Shown: positions 39,922 to 53,295 of the stretch, in pieces
Position numbering within the stretch: the first letter of the stretch is position 1
How the letters are laid out: every line of letters begins with the position of its first letter
DNA from: Felis catus
Lineage: Eukaryota
Direction: 5' to 3'
Assembly (NCBI RefSeq): GCF_018350175.1
Contig: NC_058368.1
Span: forward strand, 215,824,001 to 215,888,000
Length of the DNA stretch: 64,000 bases
Position numbers and translations under genes: made by a program
The notes under the pieces: generated by a model
Seen by the model: the letters and a program-made list of their open reading frames with translations, nothing else
Database searches by the model: none
Told to the model about the DNA's origin: nothing

Positions 39922-40136
39922 GGGACACTTGGGTGGCTGGGTCAGTTAAGCATCTGGCCCAGGTCATGATCTCACCGATCTTTTTTGAGCTCCACATCAG
40001 GCTCTCTGCTGTTAGCACGGAGCCTGTTTTGGATCCTTGGTCACCCTCTCCATCTCTGCCCCTCCCCCGCTCAGGCACGTGCTCACGTGCACAGGAGCCC
40101 CTGCTCTCTCTCAAATAAATAAACGTTAAAAAAAAA
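39922..40136 (+). mobile_element. Can-SINE
   Basis: TSD TTAAAAGTTGGATA(C/T)TG at 39905-39921 and 40137-40153. Confidence 0.95.
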
Positions 40137-41919
40137 TTAAAAGTTGGATATTGAAGGAGTAACAGACTGGGTTTTGTCACACTATGGATAAGAAATGTGA
40201 TAGGAAGGAGACGCACAGCATAAACTTAGGTTTTGTCTTAAGCAGTTGAAAGAACAAACTAGATCTGAACTGAGGTGAAGAAGACAGCAAAGGAATTGGC
40301 CTGAGAGGTGTGTTGGTGTACTGTCCTCATTCTTGAAATTTCATAGAAGATATTGTTTCTGAATTATAATTTATTTCATATCCTCTATCTATGCTATCAT
40401 TATTAGCATATCTTAAGGGTTATTTTAATTTTAAAAAAATGATGCCAGAAATATCGCATTTATTTAAATAATGAGGCTCTTTTTCTATAATTTTGCAGAC
40501 GGCTTCTTTTTGCAGTTTAAGTCAGTTTCAGTAGTAATTAGGGAAAATATATTCATAATTGTCATCTAAGTATGTGCATGCACTTTCAAATGTATATTGG
40601 GTGCATGCATGCATTTGATTCTGCTTTGAATGTCTTTAAGATTCACAATTGCCTTACCCACTTGAAAGGACTCAATGATAAATTAAAGTAGATATTGATG
40701 TTTAATTAAAATAATTTATATCCAAATTTTAAAATCTTAAAGGTATGATTACATGACTTACAGGTTTCCTTTTCCCCTTACCCTTACTTTGAGTGATTAC
40801 AAAATGATCAACTTCTGGAATTAAAAAAAAAAAAAATTACAGACAGCATAACCTGTTTTCAGATAAAAATCAGTAAGACATCCCGCGTACTAAGCGTGTT
40901 ATTTTTTTAAAGACCACATCCGGTAATGTCTATTAAGCCTTAAAATGCATATATTCTATGAACCACCAAGTAAGCTTCTCTATATAGTTACCTCTGTTTT
41001 TTAATAGCATTCTTTCCTTGTGTTGACTTTTTGTTCTCTAATTTAAAATGCTCTGAGGACACAAATGTCAAGTAAATTGCCTGTAATTGCATTCATACTT
41101 GTTATTAAATTCCATTAATAAGTATACTCTAAATATATATGAAAAGGAAAGTATGCATTCGGGCTTTAATTTTCATGCTAATCTTCTGCTTATTTTCTAA
41201 TCAATGCTGAAAAAAGGCTTAAGATGCTCTTCAGCTTCTACTCTGGAGGTCAACAAGGACAGCAGGAGCAGAGAGCTGATAAAATGGGGGGTACAAGGCA
41301 GAGCGAGCCACCGTGATTATTTTCTCAGTGTCTGTTTTGCAGGAAGATCTTGTTATCTCAAAACTCAAGAAGATTATAAAGGTTATTTTTCAAGGTAGGA
41401 GATGTGTCAAAAAAAAAAAAAACTACTCAATCATGCTGTCAAAGATTTGTGTAGCTGAAAGCAGAATTTGTATTAGAAAATATATTTGTCTATTATATCC
41501 AATAAAACTGAGAATTCAAAATTGATAATTAAATTTGTTTCCTAAACTTGATGAAGTCAAACAACTGAGGATTCTAAAATACTGTGATTATTTTGAAATG
41601 TAATGAACTTTAGAAAAATGAACATATCACACTACAGAAACCATAAGAGAATGGAGACTTAATTTCATGTTTTATATTATTTTAATTTCTAATTTAATCA
41701 TTAATAACATGTCCACAAATACTTATTTCTAAAAAATAACCACAGATACTTATTTCTAAATATGAAACATATACTTACTACTATAAAGCATTTATCTAAA
41801 TCTATCTCTTCACATAATAAAATATATTTAAAATATTTGGAGATTTTTACAGTATAATAACGTGTGTTTGTATGTGTGTTTATTTTAAAAGAGAAAGGCA
41901 TATAAAATGTTGACATATC

Positions 41920-42141
41920 GGCCCCTGGGTGGCGCAGTCGGTTAAGCGTCCGACTTCAGCCAGGTCACGATCTCGCGGTCCGTGAGTTCGAGCCCCGCAT
42001 CAGGCTCAGGGCTGATGGCTCTGGAGAGCCTGGAGCCTGTTTCTGATTCTGTGTCTCCCTCTCTCTCTGCCCCTCCCCCGTTCATGCTCTGTCTCTCTCT
42101 GTCCCAAAAATAAATAAACGTTGAAAAAAAAATTTAAAAAA
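41920..42141 (+). mobile_element. Young feline Can-SINE
   Basis: Perfect 16-bp TSD AAAATGTTGACATATC at 41904-41919 and 42142-42157. Confidence 0.97.
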
Positions 42142-43684
42142 AAAATGTTGACATATCAATAGCATTGTAAGCAACTCTTTGAATTTCAAATAAGAGCTTC
42201 TCATATTACCTTTTCAAGTAATAATCCAAAATTTATTTCTTTTTTTAAGATTCTGATTCATGGTTCTAAACTGTTGCAAAAAACTATAAAGAGTAATTTA
42301 TTAATCAATTTTAGTAGTGGAAATATAAAAGCAAGGAAGGACACTTATTTATCTTCTGTTATTTTTTGTGAAAAAAAGAAAACATTTACTGATTGAGCTA
42401 TCTATAAACAATTATTTGAAAGAGTAACTTTTATACCACAGGTGGTATTCGGGATGCTGAATACATATTTGGAGTAAAATATTTTTAAGGAGTATAGTAA
42501 GTGACAAACTGCTACCCTTTGACAATATTTGTAATTCATATATGTTCTTAATAATTTTAAGCAACCTGAAATTTTATAACATAAAATTATACATATTTCA
42601 TAACAATGTCTATACACAAAGTGCATAAAATCAATAAAGAGAGCCCCAAACCATAATTTGAAAAAAAAATTACACAATAATTTGGTAAAATGATGATTGA
42701 TTTTAATGTTTTCATTTATCACTGATATTTCGATATTTTTACGTCTATACTCAATTTAGAATTGCAAGAGTTGTATCACATTCATTGTGGACAAAGGGGG
42801 GTGTATTCCAGTTCTTCAAGTCATGTAACTTTCTGTGATTATATTCCAGAAGTATAAAATGATTTTCAGTAACATAAAGTTGTAAAATAGCATAATAAGT
42901 AAGGCCTTTTATAATACAGTTACACAGGTAAGAAACCATTTTTTTTCTGGAACAATTTTATCTAGACTTTTCTTGTTTCTACACTTAATGGTAGCTGAAA
43001 ATTTAGCATTGAATAACTTGCTTATTAAATATTTAGCAGGAATGCATTGCATGCACCATAATTTGCATTTTTGTGGGGAATCTAAACTTTGAGAAAATTA
43101 TTTACAAGTATGCTGAATATTACCAAAGAGAAGAATACTACAAGTTGAATTAGGAAAATCCAGAGGAATGTATTCTTAATACAGTTTAAGGAAAGAGACT
43201 GTACATACCAGTTTGCCTGGAAGAGGTTAATTTATGCCCATTATCCAGGCATAATTAACAAGTGTCCATTTGATGATCAAAATTGTTAATGCTTACACAA
43301 TAACTGATATTGCCACCCTAATTAAGACCATCTTAATTATCACTTTCTCTCAATTGCATTTCAAACTTCTCATAAACAACAAATATTCAAAAAACTAGGC
43401 TTTTCAGGAATTCAATAAAATTTACATTGTTGATTCAAATGGGTAGCATGTATGGTTTTTTTTTGTTGTTGTTGTTATCAAACAGTGTAATGAAGAGGCG
43501 AAGCTATGATGATCTTATGGAAATGACTATAACCTCACCTTGATGGGTGGTCAACTTACTTTTACATGGACATGTCCTTAAGAAGTGTACAGAAAAAAAT
43601 ATCAAAAATATTCTTGAAACTAAGTTGTGGATCTTTTAACATAAAATGAATGGATAATTAGCTGTGATTGAAAGTGCCATGCTA

Positions 43685-43923
43685 GGGGCGCCTGGGTGGC
43701 GTAGTCGGTTGGGCGTCCGACTTCAGCCAGGTCACGATCTCGCGGTCCGTGAGTTCGAGCCCCGCGTCGGGGTCTGGGCTGATGGCTCAGAGCCTGGAGC
43801 CTGTTTCCGATTCTGTGTCTCCCTCTCTCTCTGCCCCTCCCCCGTTCATGCTCTGTCTCTCTCTGTCCCAAAAATAAAATAAAAAACGTTGAAAAAAAAA
43901 ATTAAAAAAAAAAAAAAAAGAAA
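43685..43923 (+). mobile_element. Young feline Can-SINE
   Basis: TSD GAAAGTGCCATGC at 43670-43682 and 43924-43936; long A tail. Confidence 0.97.
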
Positions 43924-45289
43924 GAAAGTGCCATGCCAGGAGGAATGGGAGTAATAGCAATCTGGCAAGTTATTTAGCACCAAGCTATAGTTAAAATCGG
44001 CTAAACTATAGAATGTTTCTACATGCATTTGAGCTTTTATTTCATAGAAACTATCCAACGTCACTTAAAGGAAGATACATCTTAAATTTCTGACTTCCTT
44101 CATGGGGGTAAGCTCTTATTCACTCTAAGATACCCTCTTATTTTATGAGAATTACTTTCCAGAGGATGAGAGACAAGAATTTGTTCAGCTGTTTTTGTCT
44201 ATTGTGTGCCTTCCCTAACTTTTCACTTCCTCTAGTGCTGACAGACTTAGGTGTCCACCCCCCAGGTTTCCCCCATTTCTTTGAGAATCTGTGGCTTCCG
44301 GTCAGTGCCGATACTGTCATGTTGTTACTTCTTGGTTCCAAGGGATAGACACCACTTTTGATTGGGCAACTAAGTGTACCAAAGAGTTTATAAAGTCAAT
44401 GGCAAACCAGAGCACCAGAATTGTACAAGAATTAAGAAAGACAAGACACACCAAAAATCCTTCCACAGAAACACCTTAATCTAGTATTGTTGCCCCATTG
44501 CTACTTAGCACTCTACATGTTCACTGCTTTGGGACACTGGTTGCCAGGCAGCTCCAGTAAACTTCACTGATCCTACTAAATAATATTTACTTACACCTTT
44601 GAAAGACAGCAAATAAATAAAAACCAGTGAAGAAGGCCAATGTGTGGTTGGTGGGTGTTATATGTGGACTGTGGTCCATCAATCTCATTCATGTGGTTTC
44701 TCGTATTCCAAGGAGTGAGCTTGAGATAGTGGCCCTGGGGCAATGTTTGAAGAGGAAAAGAAAGAAGTTAATAGAGGTCATCTCCTGAGCTCTCAAATGT
44801 CATGTGAGAACCATTCTCTTGGTCAAAGGAAGTCATATTTCCAGATTTAATGGATTCAATGGATGAGGAAATACACCCTGCTTCATGATAGAAGAATGGC
44901 AAAGATATTGCCAAAAAGCATAAACAGGATTAGGAGGTATTATTGAGCCCATTAAAAAACTCAACCTTAATACCTAAAACAAAGAGAGTATAGACAGCTA
45001 AGTTAGCCACAGAGAGAACAGTTTATTTTATTCTATTAAGCATATGACGTTAGGTGGCAAAAACATACCCCAGATGACTATATCAATGAAGGAGGAGTAC
45101 CCTTGGACTGTTTCTTCCTTTTCATAGTGGCATTTTATTCTCAAGCCATTCAAATATGTTTTCAAAAACAGCAGATTTTTTTCTGAATGCAAAGATTCTA
45201 TTGATTCATACTATTTTTTCAGTGCAAATACAGAGATAAAAGGGAATATCCAGGCATTAATAAATATTTCTGATAAAAATAACATTCAG

Positions 45290-45508
45290 GGGGCTCCTGG
45301 GTGGCGCAGTCGGTTAAGCGTCCGACTTCAGCCAGGTCACGATCTCGCGGTCCGTGAGTTTGAGCCCTGCGTCAGGCTCTGGGCTGATGGCTCAGAGCCT
45401 GGAGCCTGTTTCCGATTCTGTGTCTCCCTCTCTCTCTGCCCCTCCCCCGTTCATGCTCTGTCTCTCTCTGTCCCAAAAATAAATAAACGTTGAAAAAAAA
45501 ATTTAAAA
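45290..45508 (+). mobile_element. Young feline Can-SINE
   Basis: Perfect TSD AAAAATAACATTCAG at 45275-45289 and 45509-45523. Confidence 0.97.
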
Positions 45509-47599
45509 AAAAATAACATTCAGAATGGAAAATATGTGACATCTTTTGGTATTAAGACAGAAATATGAGATAAGTTAATTAAATAATAAATTACATAATT
45601 TTAGTTTTGTCTATATCTTCCATTGTGGCATAGACCTTTATTGCCCATAACAAAGCACCACAGTGAGAACAGAGAATTGGCCAGTTCAAACTGACTTACT
45701 CATTGTGAGTTTACAGTAGGTAAGAGAGAAGGAGGAAGCCATGTATGCGAGAAAGGGAATGACTTACCTGTTACTGAACTTCTGCCATCCTAGAAGAAAG
45801 CAAGACTTTTTGTTACTTTAGCATTCTGTTGTTCACCTCCTTGACCCACTTGCAAGAATCCGTGATCATTACAGTGGTCGGAGAATCTAATTTGTTTGCA
45901 AAGACTCTCATGGAAAAGGAGTTTACAAATCTCCTTCGCTAATATCTTTTAGGGTCTTGTATGAATTTCTGTCAAGTGTATCTTCCTGTTGTGCAATCTA
46001 ACTCACTCCTGCTGTGATTTAAAAAAAAAAACACACAAAATTTCATACCTTCTACTCTCACTGGAAATGAAGAGCAGCTGGTTATAATCCTCCTTCTTGA
46101 AGGTTACAGTTTAAAAGTCACTTACTTAATCTGCTCTGACAAAACTTATGAATCTTGGAATATTTCCTTTGCTAGTAGATTGAAAGTTTGTAAGTGATCA
46201 TATGTCATAAAACTATTAGCACATTAACACAGCAGTAGACCAACAGAGTGGAGATAGATAGCTCCTATATGTACTTTTCCTTTGTTCGCTATATTACCTC
46301 TGTTGATAGTTTTGGAAATAGACATAGTTCAGGTGGGTTTTTTTTGTTTGTTTTTGCTTTTTTTTCATCTTTTTTTGGATCACAGTCACTAAATTAAGTG
46401 TTTAAATTTATACACAAGTTGGAATAGGAGAAGAAAAATGTGAGCGTATACGCAAATCTTAAACTTTAATTTTTAGAAAAACTAGAAAATCTGTATGAAC
46501 ATAATGTACTTTATTATGCAATTTTTATTTCCTCAACTTTCAATGTAAGCAGTGAGAACATGACAATCTAGTGTGGTTTGGGAGTTGGGTGAATGATGCA
46601 AAAAAACTGCTGGATTTCAGAATTGAATTAGATAAATAATAGTCAGTAGACAGGGGTTGACACGCTTAGGAGAGAACAAGGATATATCCAAGTGATGTAT
46701 GGCATAGTAAACTCCAGAAAGACCATCACCAAACGTGTAACAGGCTCAAATATCATTTCTCTACACTGCTTGTTTAATACAGCATCTCAGCCTGACTGCC
46801 AGTGCAGGCAGTAATGTTAGCAGCTTGAAGGATTTTCCCCCCAGCATAGTCTTTTGATGCATTCAGAGTTCCCATAGTTCTAGACTCACCGGGACATCTT
46901 TCTGTGGATCCAACTCATGTCTTAGAAAAGCTCAGTATGAGAATGTAATAGCTGCACCAAAAGATTATTTTCTTTCCTTGTTTTTAATTTTTCCTATATG
47001 CCATTTGAAGTATGTGAAACAAAAATGGTAATAACCAGGTTTTTAGAAAGACAGCTATTTGAAGAATGCAGTGGTCAGAGAAATAAACAAATAAACACCA
47101 AAAGAACCCAAATCAAAACAAAAAATCCTCATATATTCTCTACTACTGGCCAAAGAGTGAAACATTTGTTACTTACAAAGCTGTAGCAAGTCTGGTGCAG
47201 CTTGGAGGAACAAAAATGTCTTCATATCGGTTCTCATATTTTTGACCACTCCTTAGATTATTACAATATTCTAGGAAAATCAAGGAAAAATAATGTTTCA
47301 GATACAATATCTTATTTACAAGAAAATTGACAGTGAGCCTATTGGTGAACTTTCTTACATATTTGCCCCCAAATATGAGACCAACACATCTTCTTCTAGA
47401 GGATTCCACAGATAAAGGGCTTGGTGTTCAATTTCATTATCTTTTCAGACATGCGGAAAGTGCAGCTCCAAAAGGGCACACTCAGGTAAAGCCAATCTTC
47501 TAATATTTATTGTTGAATATCCATTTTCACACTCAAGTAGACGTGTATCCTATTATCATGTGATGATGTCTTTTATCTTCAGATTTCCCAAATTTTCAG

Positions 47600-48060
47600 A
47601 GGTTGTTCAAGTCAATCATGATAGATCTGCCTATGGTCTATTTTCACATAAAATTCACCACAAAAGTCAGTGGCTTTAAGCAACAATAATAAAGTATTGC
47701 CCACGCATCTCACCTTTGGCAGACTTACTTATGGCAGACTCTACCAGCTGGTCAAGAGCCAGCCGATAACATGTGTGCTAGATCTCATTCTCCTTCTGAG
47801 ATCACAGACCTAAGTAGGACATAGTGTCATGCAGATGGGAGAGCCACAGGAGGGCATCAGAAAGAGGTAAGTTCTCTTTCAGATTGAGGCTCAAAATCAC
47901 AATCACTTCAATCCTTTATCACTGGTCAAATAGGTCACTTGGCCAGGCCCAAGTGAAGTGTTCAACTATATGCACTGGCTGTTAGCGAGAGGGACACAAA
48001 AATTATGTCAGGAAGCATGGATATCTAGAAGGTTAAAAATTTAGTGTCAGTAATAAATCT
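47600..48060. mobile_element. Ancient MaLR (MLT1-like) LTR remnant
   Basis: CATAAAATTCACCACAAAAGTCAGTGGCTTTAAGCAACAAT..CTGGTCAAATAGGTCACTTGGCCAGGCCCAAG. Confidence 0.6.
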
Positions 48061-48369
48061 CTCATATAGCTCTAAATCTCTTCAATTTTCTGATATTATC
48101 CTTCTCTCCTAGCTTCTTCATTGTCACCATGCAGAAGAGAAAGGAATGAGAATTACTAAAACCTTTCCCCTCAAATTTAGGACGAGGATAAAAATATTCT
48201 TTCTCTGTCTCTCCGTCTCTCTCTTCCACATACATACTTGCACAGACACCATTTTTCTAGTAGTTTAGATATCTTCCATATCAAAGGAATATCTAATTAA
48301 ATTAGCTGAGGATTTTTATGAAAACAGATATTAGATTTTATTAAATGGTTTTTGAAATCTATTGGAATG

Positions 48370-48690
48370 ATTCATGCACTCATTTATTTAATCAGTATTT
48401 ACTGAGGACCTACTAAGCACCAACCAGGCACTGGATTTACATCCATAGGGGGAAATGACAACAAAAAACAAAGTTCCCTGCCCTGTGGACCTTATGTTCT
48501 ACCGGGGTGAGAAAGATTTTAAAAGTGATAAAAATAATGAATAGTTAATATATACATTATAGTGAATTGTGTTTACTGATAAAGACAAAAATAAATCAGG
48601 GAAGAGAAATGAATATAGAGCGAATAGGAGGGAAGTTTGCAAATTCATGTATGGTGGCCGAGAAAGACACGAATGAGGGGTAAACACCTC
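48370..48690 (-). mobile_element. LINE-2 3' fragment
   Basis: TCATTTATTTAATCAGTATTTACTGAGGACCTACTA..CCAGGCACTG..CCCTGCCCT..CTTATGTTCTA. Confidence 0.7.
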
Positions 48691-49175
48691 TAAAGGAAAT
48701 GACTCTTTTTTAACATGTGGGATGGAATATACTTTTATATTCTGGTAATAAGTAATGCCATACTTCAAATGAAACATTGTTATGGTATATTGTTTCTTTA
48801 TTGTGTTACTACAATATTTATTGTATTACTACAATTATTACTTTATTGTATAATCTATTTGTTAGTATTTGTTAGTATTATCTTTAAGTGTTGAGTAGTT
48901 ATTCAAAAGTATATTCAGTTTTTCCTTTTGCTATGCTATCTCTGCCAGTTTCTTTTTTTGATCAGTGTTTCTCTAGATTCAATTATTCTTTCTTTAACTA
49001 TATTTGAAATGTGAAACACTTTCTTCAACTATATTTGGAACACTTTTCCAGTGAAATTTATTGGCTAGGTCTCTTATTTGTAGGGCAGATAATTCTACAT
49101 TAATTATCTGAACTATTTTGATGTTTCTAAAAAAAAATTGTATCTTCTTATGTAAGAATATTATGCATTGGGTGA

Positions 49176-49176
<1 letters not shown>

Positions 49177-49210
<34 letters not shown>
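49177..49210. repeat. (GATA)n microsatellite
   Basis: Directly visible. Confidence 0.95.
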
Positions 49211-49211
<1 letters not shown>

Positions 49212-49454
49212 ACACTCTAGTGCTAGGCCACAATTAACAGAACAATTGATTTTTTTTAATGAATAAAAATGTTCAAACCCAAAATACAAACATCAGCTAG
49301 AAGAGTCTATTTTATAATATTTATATGCTATAACATATATCAAATACTATATGTACTATTGAAATAAATAATATATAATAACTGCATAACTGCATGGGTT
49401 TCCCCTATATTAGCTAGTATATGCATATGTTTGTCAGCTTTTGAATATATACCT

Positions 49455-49532
49455 TGTGACAGATACTTTTATTTGTCAACTTGACTGAGTCATGGGATAC
49501 CCAGATATCCCATGAGTCATGGGATACCCAGA
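49455..49532. mobile_element. Short MLT2 (ERVL) LTR terminus followed by a templated duplication
   Basis: TGTGACAGATACTTTTATTTGTCAACTTGACTGAGTCATGGGATACCCAGATA resembles recalled MLT2 terminus. Confidence 0.7.
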
Positions 49533-50179
49533 ACTTCCCAAACTCTATCTGCTTGAATGTTAAGGCAAAGTTACAGCAATAGTTAAATTCTATACATAAG
49601 CATCTGGTTATTAATATTCTCTCTTGAGTGGGTTGTACCTCCCTCTTTTGTATCTATGAAGATTAAAAGTAGGGATATACAATGAAAAATTTATTTTTCC
49701 TATTCATATCCTTAAGAGTCTAGTTATCTCCATTCTGTAATTACCAAGTAGCAGCAATACTTATAATACAGTCCAATATAAAAATACCATCTAAATATTA
49801 GTTGTATGAATGTATGCTAATATCCATCTTAGAAAGTCTTTTTTTAATTTTCTTAAACTAGGTGGATATAATGGCAACTATTAAATAACTTGAAAAGAAT
49901 GTGTGGGGAAGTAGAAAGGAACATAAATTTAGACATCTTTTTTAGATTACTGTTTTTACAATGGACAGCAGAGAATTAGGAAATTCCTAGAGGTAAATGT
50001 CGGGTCAAGGAAATTTTTTTAATATGGATTTTTACAATAAAATTCTATAAATGATATACAAGAGAGAATGCTTAAGGATAAAGGGTAAAAAAGGGAGATT
50101 TCAGTATTGCAGTGTTGATGGTGGGGTATGGCATCCATATCACAAAAGGAAGACCTTAGATAAAAGTAAGGGCATTTTA

Positions 50180-50485
50180 GGTCACCCGTCTGGCTCAGTC
50201 AGTAGAGCATGTGACTCTTGATCTCAGAGTTGTAAGTTTAAGCCCCATGTTGGATGTAAAGATTAAAGTAAAATCCTTTTTTATTAAAAAATAATTTTAA
50301 TGTTTGTTTATTTATTTTGAAAGAGAGAGAGAGTAAGAGAGAAATGCCAAGTTCTCTCAGTGCAGAGCCCCACACACTGCTTGATCTCATGAACTATGAG
50401 ATCATGACTTGAGCCAAAATCAAGAGTCAGACAGTCAGTTGACTGAGCCACCCAGGAGACCCTAAAAATAAAATCTTAAGAAAAA
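50180..50485 (+). mobile_element. Old short Can-SINE (no CT tract) interrupted by an antisense SINE
   Basis: CTGGCTCAGTCAGTAGAGCATGTGACTCTTGATCTCAG..GATTA; tail resumes at about 50464. Confidence 0.85.
50278..50462 (-). mobile_element. Can-SINE nested in the tail of an older SINE
   Basis: Body motifs; flanking TAAAATC(C)TT repeats. Confidence 0.92.
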
Positions 50486-50794
50486 ATGCAATGGCATTTC
50501 TTAATTTGTGATATGAGCAAAGCCAGAAGATAAACCTCCAGATGAAGGAGCATTGTTAAGCCTGGTTGTGGAAGTATGAGGTTTTTCTCCTCTGATTACT
50601 TTCAATTTTTTTTCAAAAGAAATGTTAGGAAAAATTTTCTGTTGAGTATATGGGGGCGGGTACAAGGGATAAAGTTTTAAATAGAAGGACGGGATATAAA
50701 GTAGCTATATAGGAAAATGGGAATGAGAAGTTAATAGATACATATAATAATTTCCACTTGGGATTCATGCACATAAATAAAGGGGGACCTTGTA

Positions 50795-50818
50795 ACACAC
50801 ACACACACACACACACAC

Positions 50819-50859
<41 letters not shown>

Positions 50860-50860
50860 T
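50795..50860. repeat. Compound microsatellite (AC)n(AGAT)n
   Basis: Directly visible. Confidence 0.96.
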
Positions 50861-51446
50861 TCAGAGTCAGATGTGAACTCAGAATGGATTAATAACTGGG
50901 ATAACGTTTGTCCAGTTGCATATGACAAAGGGGAAAAATTGTATAAGACTAGGTGATTGTACGGTTAAGAAAGGAAGTCAGGAAGCTGACTAACGAATAG
51001 TGAAAATCTTATGACATCAATAGGTAGGACTTCTCAGTGGAGTCAAAGGATTGCAGAGAATAGCACTTAGAGTAAGTTAACTGGGGGAATACATGATATT
51101 TGGGGGACAGGATTCTTAAAATATGCATTTCAGACAAAAGACAGTTACTAGTGCTGAGAGTCTCGAAAGTGTGACCATGTGAGCAGTTAGCTCAGTAGAG
51201 TAAGAATATGGTCATTGTAATTTTGATTTTATAGTCGTGTGACAGCTTGGCTGGATTTCCTTCATTGCCCTGTAGATACTATTCTCGAAGATTTTCTGCC
51301 ACTGAATGCTACTAGGGAGAAATTTTGAGAGCATCCTGATTGTACCCCTTACCCTACATGAATTTCACCACTCCCAGTGTGTCCTTCAAATATCCATAAT
51401 ACATGAAGAATTGATTATTCCTTAATTAATTAATTATTGGCAATTA

Positions 51447-51641
51447 ATTTTTTTAATGTTCATTTACTTTTGAGAGAGAGAGAGAGAGAGAGCACACAAG
51501 CGGAGGAGGGACAGAGAGAGGGAGATAGAGGATCCTAAGTGGGCTCTTATCTGACAGCAGAGAGCCTGATGTAGGGCTCAAACTCATGAATGGTAAGATC
51601 ATGACCTGAGTCAAAGTCAGACCCCTAACCAAATGAGTCAC
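51447..51641 (-). mobile_element. Can-SINE, slightly 5'-truncated
   Basis: Body motifs; ends at TGAGTCAC without the CCAGGTGCCCC head. Confidence 0.92.
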
Positions 51642-52440
51642 TAGTTTTCTTTAATATGTTGTGTTTTCTATGTTAGGTGAATTAATTATGAATATCTTCA
51701 ATATTCTTACAATGTGTACTTCACAATTATTAGCTTCTAATTCATTTTATTTAGTTTTCCTCTGATTTCTCAGTGATTATTTCAGGTTTCTCATGTAGTC
51801 TACTGAATTAGGTACTAATATAAGGGAATGCCGCTGCTATATATTTTTCTTACTCAAATTTGTTCCTACAATTTTGCTTTTATTTCTCAGCTTGTTTAGT
51901 TCTGTATTATCTGTTTATCTTAGCATGGCATTTGAAATATAACTTATTTTTAGTGGTATTAAAGTTTGTTTTATTATGCTAGGAGTAAAAAATATGTTTG
52001 TGGACTTTAAACTTTGAGAATTCATGATTTCTTCTTTTTTGTCCATCTTTTTTATTTCCTCCTCAAATTTTGCCATCTTACTAATTTTAACATGGATGGC
52101 ATAGGTAAGAATCTAGCCAATTCTCCTTGGCTTCATTGCACTTTGAGACTTTTTTTTTCAGAGATGAGACCTGAGGGCTAAGTTTGTATAATTTTAGTCT
52201 CCATATTCTGCATTTGCCTGTCCAAAGATTTAGTCTTTGATATTTTAAAGTATAGTTAGGTTAAAATTCTTTAAATCACTTCTGATTTGAGGCATATTTT
52301 ATTTTTATTCAGGGTATCTTAAGCTTTTGAGTAGCTTTCTCTGCTTCAGATTGATCCTAGGAACTAATCAAAGCACTAGTGATTGTTGTACATAAAATTG
52401 CTAATCTATAGCACAGAAGAGAAACTTCAAAGGGTGTGAA

Positions 52441-52652
52441 GGGGCACCTGGGTAGCACAGTCAGTTAGCGTCCAACTTTAGCTCAGGTCATGATCTCGCG
52501 GTTTGTGGGTTTGAGCCCCACATTGGACTTTGTGCTGACAGCTCAGAGCCTGGATCCTGCTTCAGATTCTGTGTCTCCCTCTCTCTCTTGCCCTCCTCGC
52601 TCATGCTGTCTCTCTCTCTCAAAAATAAATAAACATTAAAAAAAGTTTTTTT
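52441..52652 (+). mobile_element. Can-SINE
   Basis: TSD AAAGGGTGTG on both sides. Confidence 0.95.
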
Positions 52653-52875
52653 AAAAGGGTGTGCAATATCAATTTTTCTCTGTCCAGGAGGCACTGAGCA
52701 CCTCAGTTTTCTTTTTCCATATTATTCCCTACTTAATTACTCCTCTTAGTGACACTTTAAGTATTGAAGAATAAGGTTGATTCAGGATTAATCAGTCTCT
52801 TTCTATTAACTAGGGAAAAGAAAATAAGGTGATATTGCCTTCATTTTCTTTATTGGTGGTACGATTCCTATTGGC

Positions 52876-53295
52876 ATCACAGGTTGGTTTCTTTCAGGAG
52901 GACTCTGAGATGGAGATTTACATGCAGAGATTTTATCTCTAAAAGCTCTCAGAATCAACATTTCCATGGGAGTAAAGAAACAAAGTTAGGAACTAGTAGA
53001 AGTTCAACCATAACAAAGCTCCCATCCAAAGTGAGTTCTAGAAGTAGAATGGCCCTTCAGAGTTGTATCAAATTGAGCAAGGGGTCTGGGCCTTTATGTG
53101 GCCAAGTCAACCAGTCATTGGACACGGGTTGCTCCGAGCAAAGTGTAATGATATTGGGCTGCCAGCTCTCTTCAGCCATGACAAGACCAGGAAGTAACTC
53201 AACAGAAAATTTTGTCTGCCTACAGTTCAGTGCTAGGAGAATGAGTGTTTCAGGCCAGAAGTGTGGGGGAGGGAGTGAGGAATCTGAATATTATA
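52876..53295 (-). mobile_element. ERVL-class LTR (LTR16-like)
   Basis: GACTCTGAGATGGAGATTTACATGCAGAGATTTTAT..GCTCTCAGAATCAACA; GGCCCTTCAGAGTTGT; CCAGTCATTGGA motifs. Confidence 0.7.

Noticed and set aside
41343..41394. Possible short exon (TTTTGCAG acceptor, AAG/GTAGGA donor)
   Set aside because: Splice-like motifs occur often by chance; no recognisable peptide or partner exons. Needs RNA-seq.
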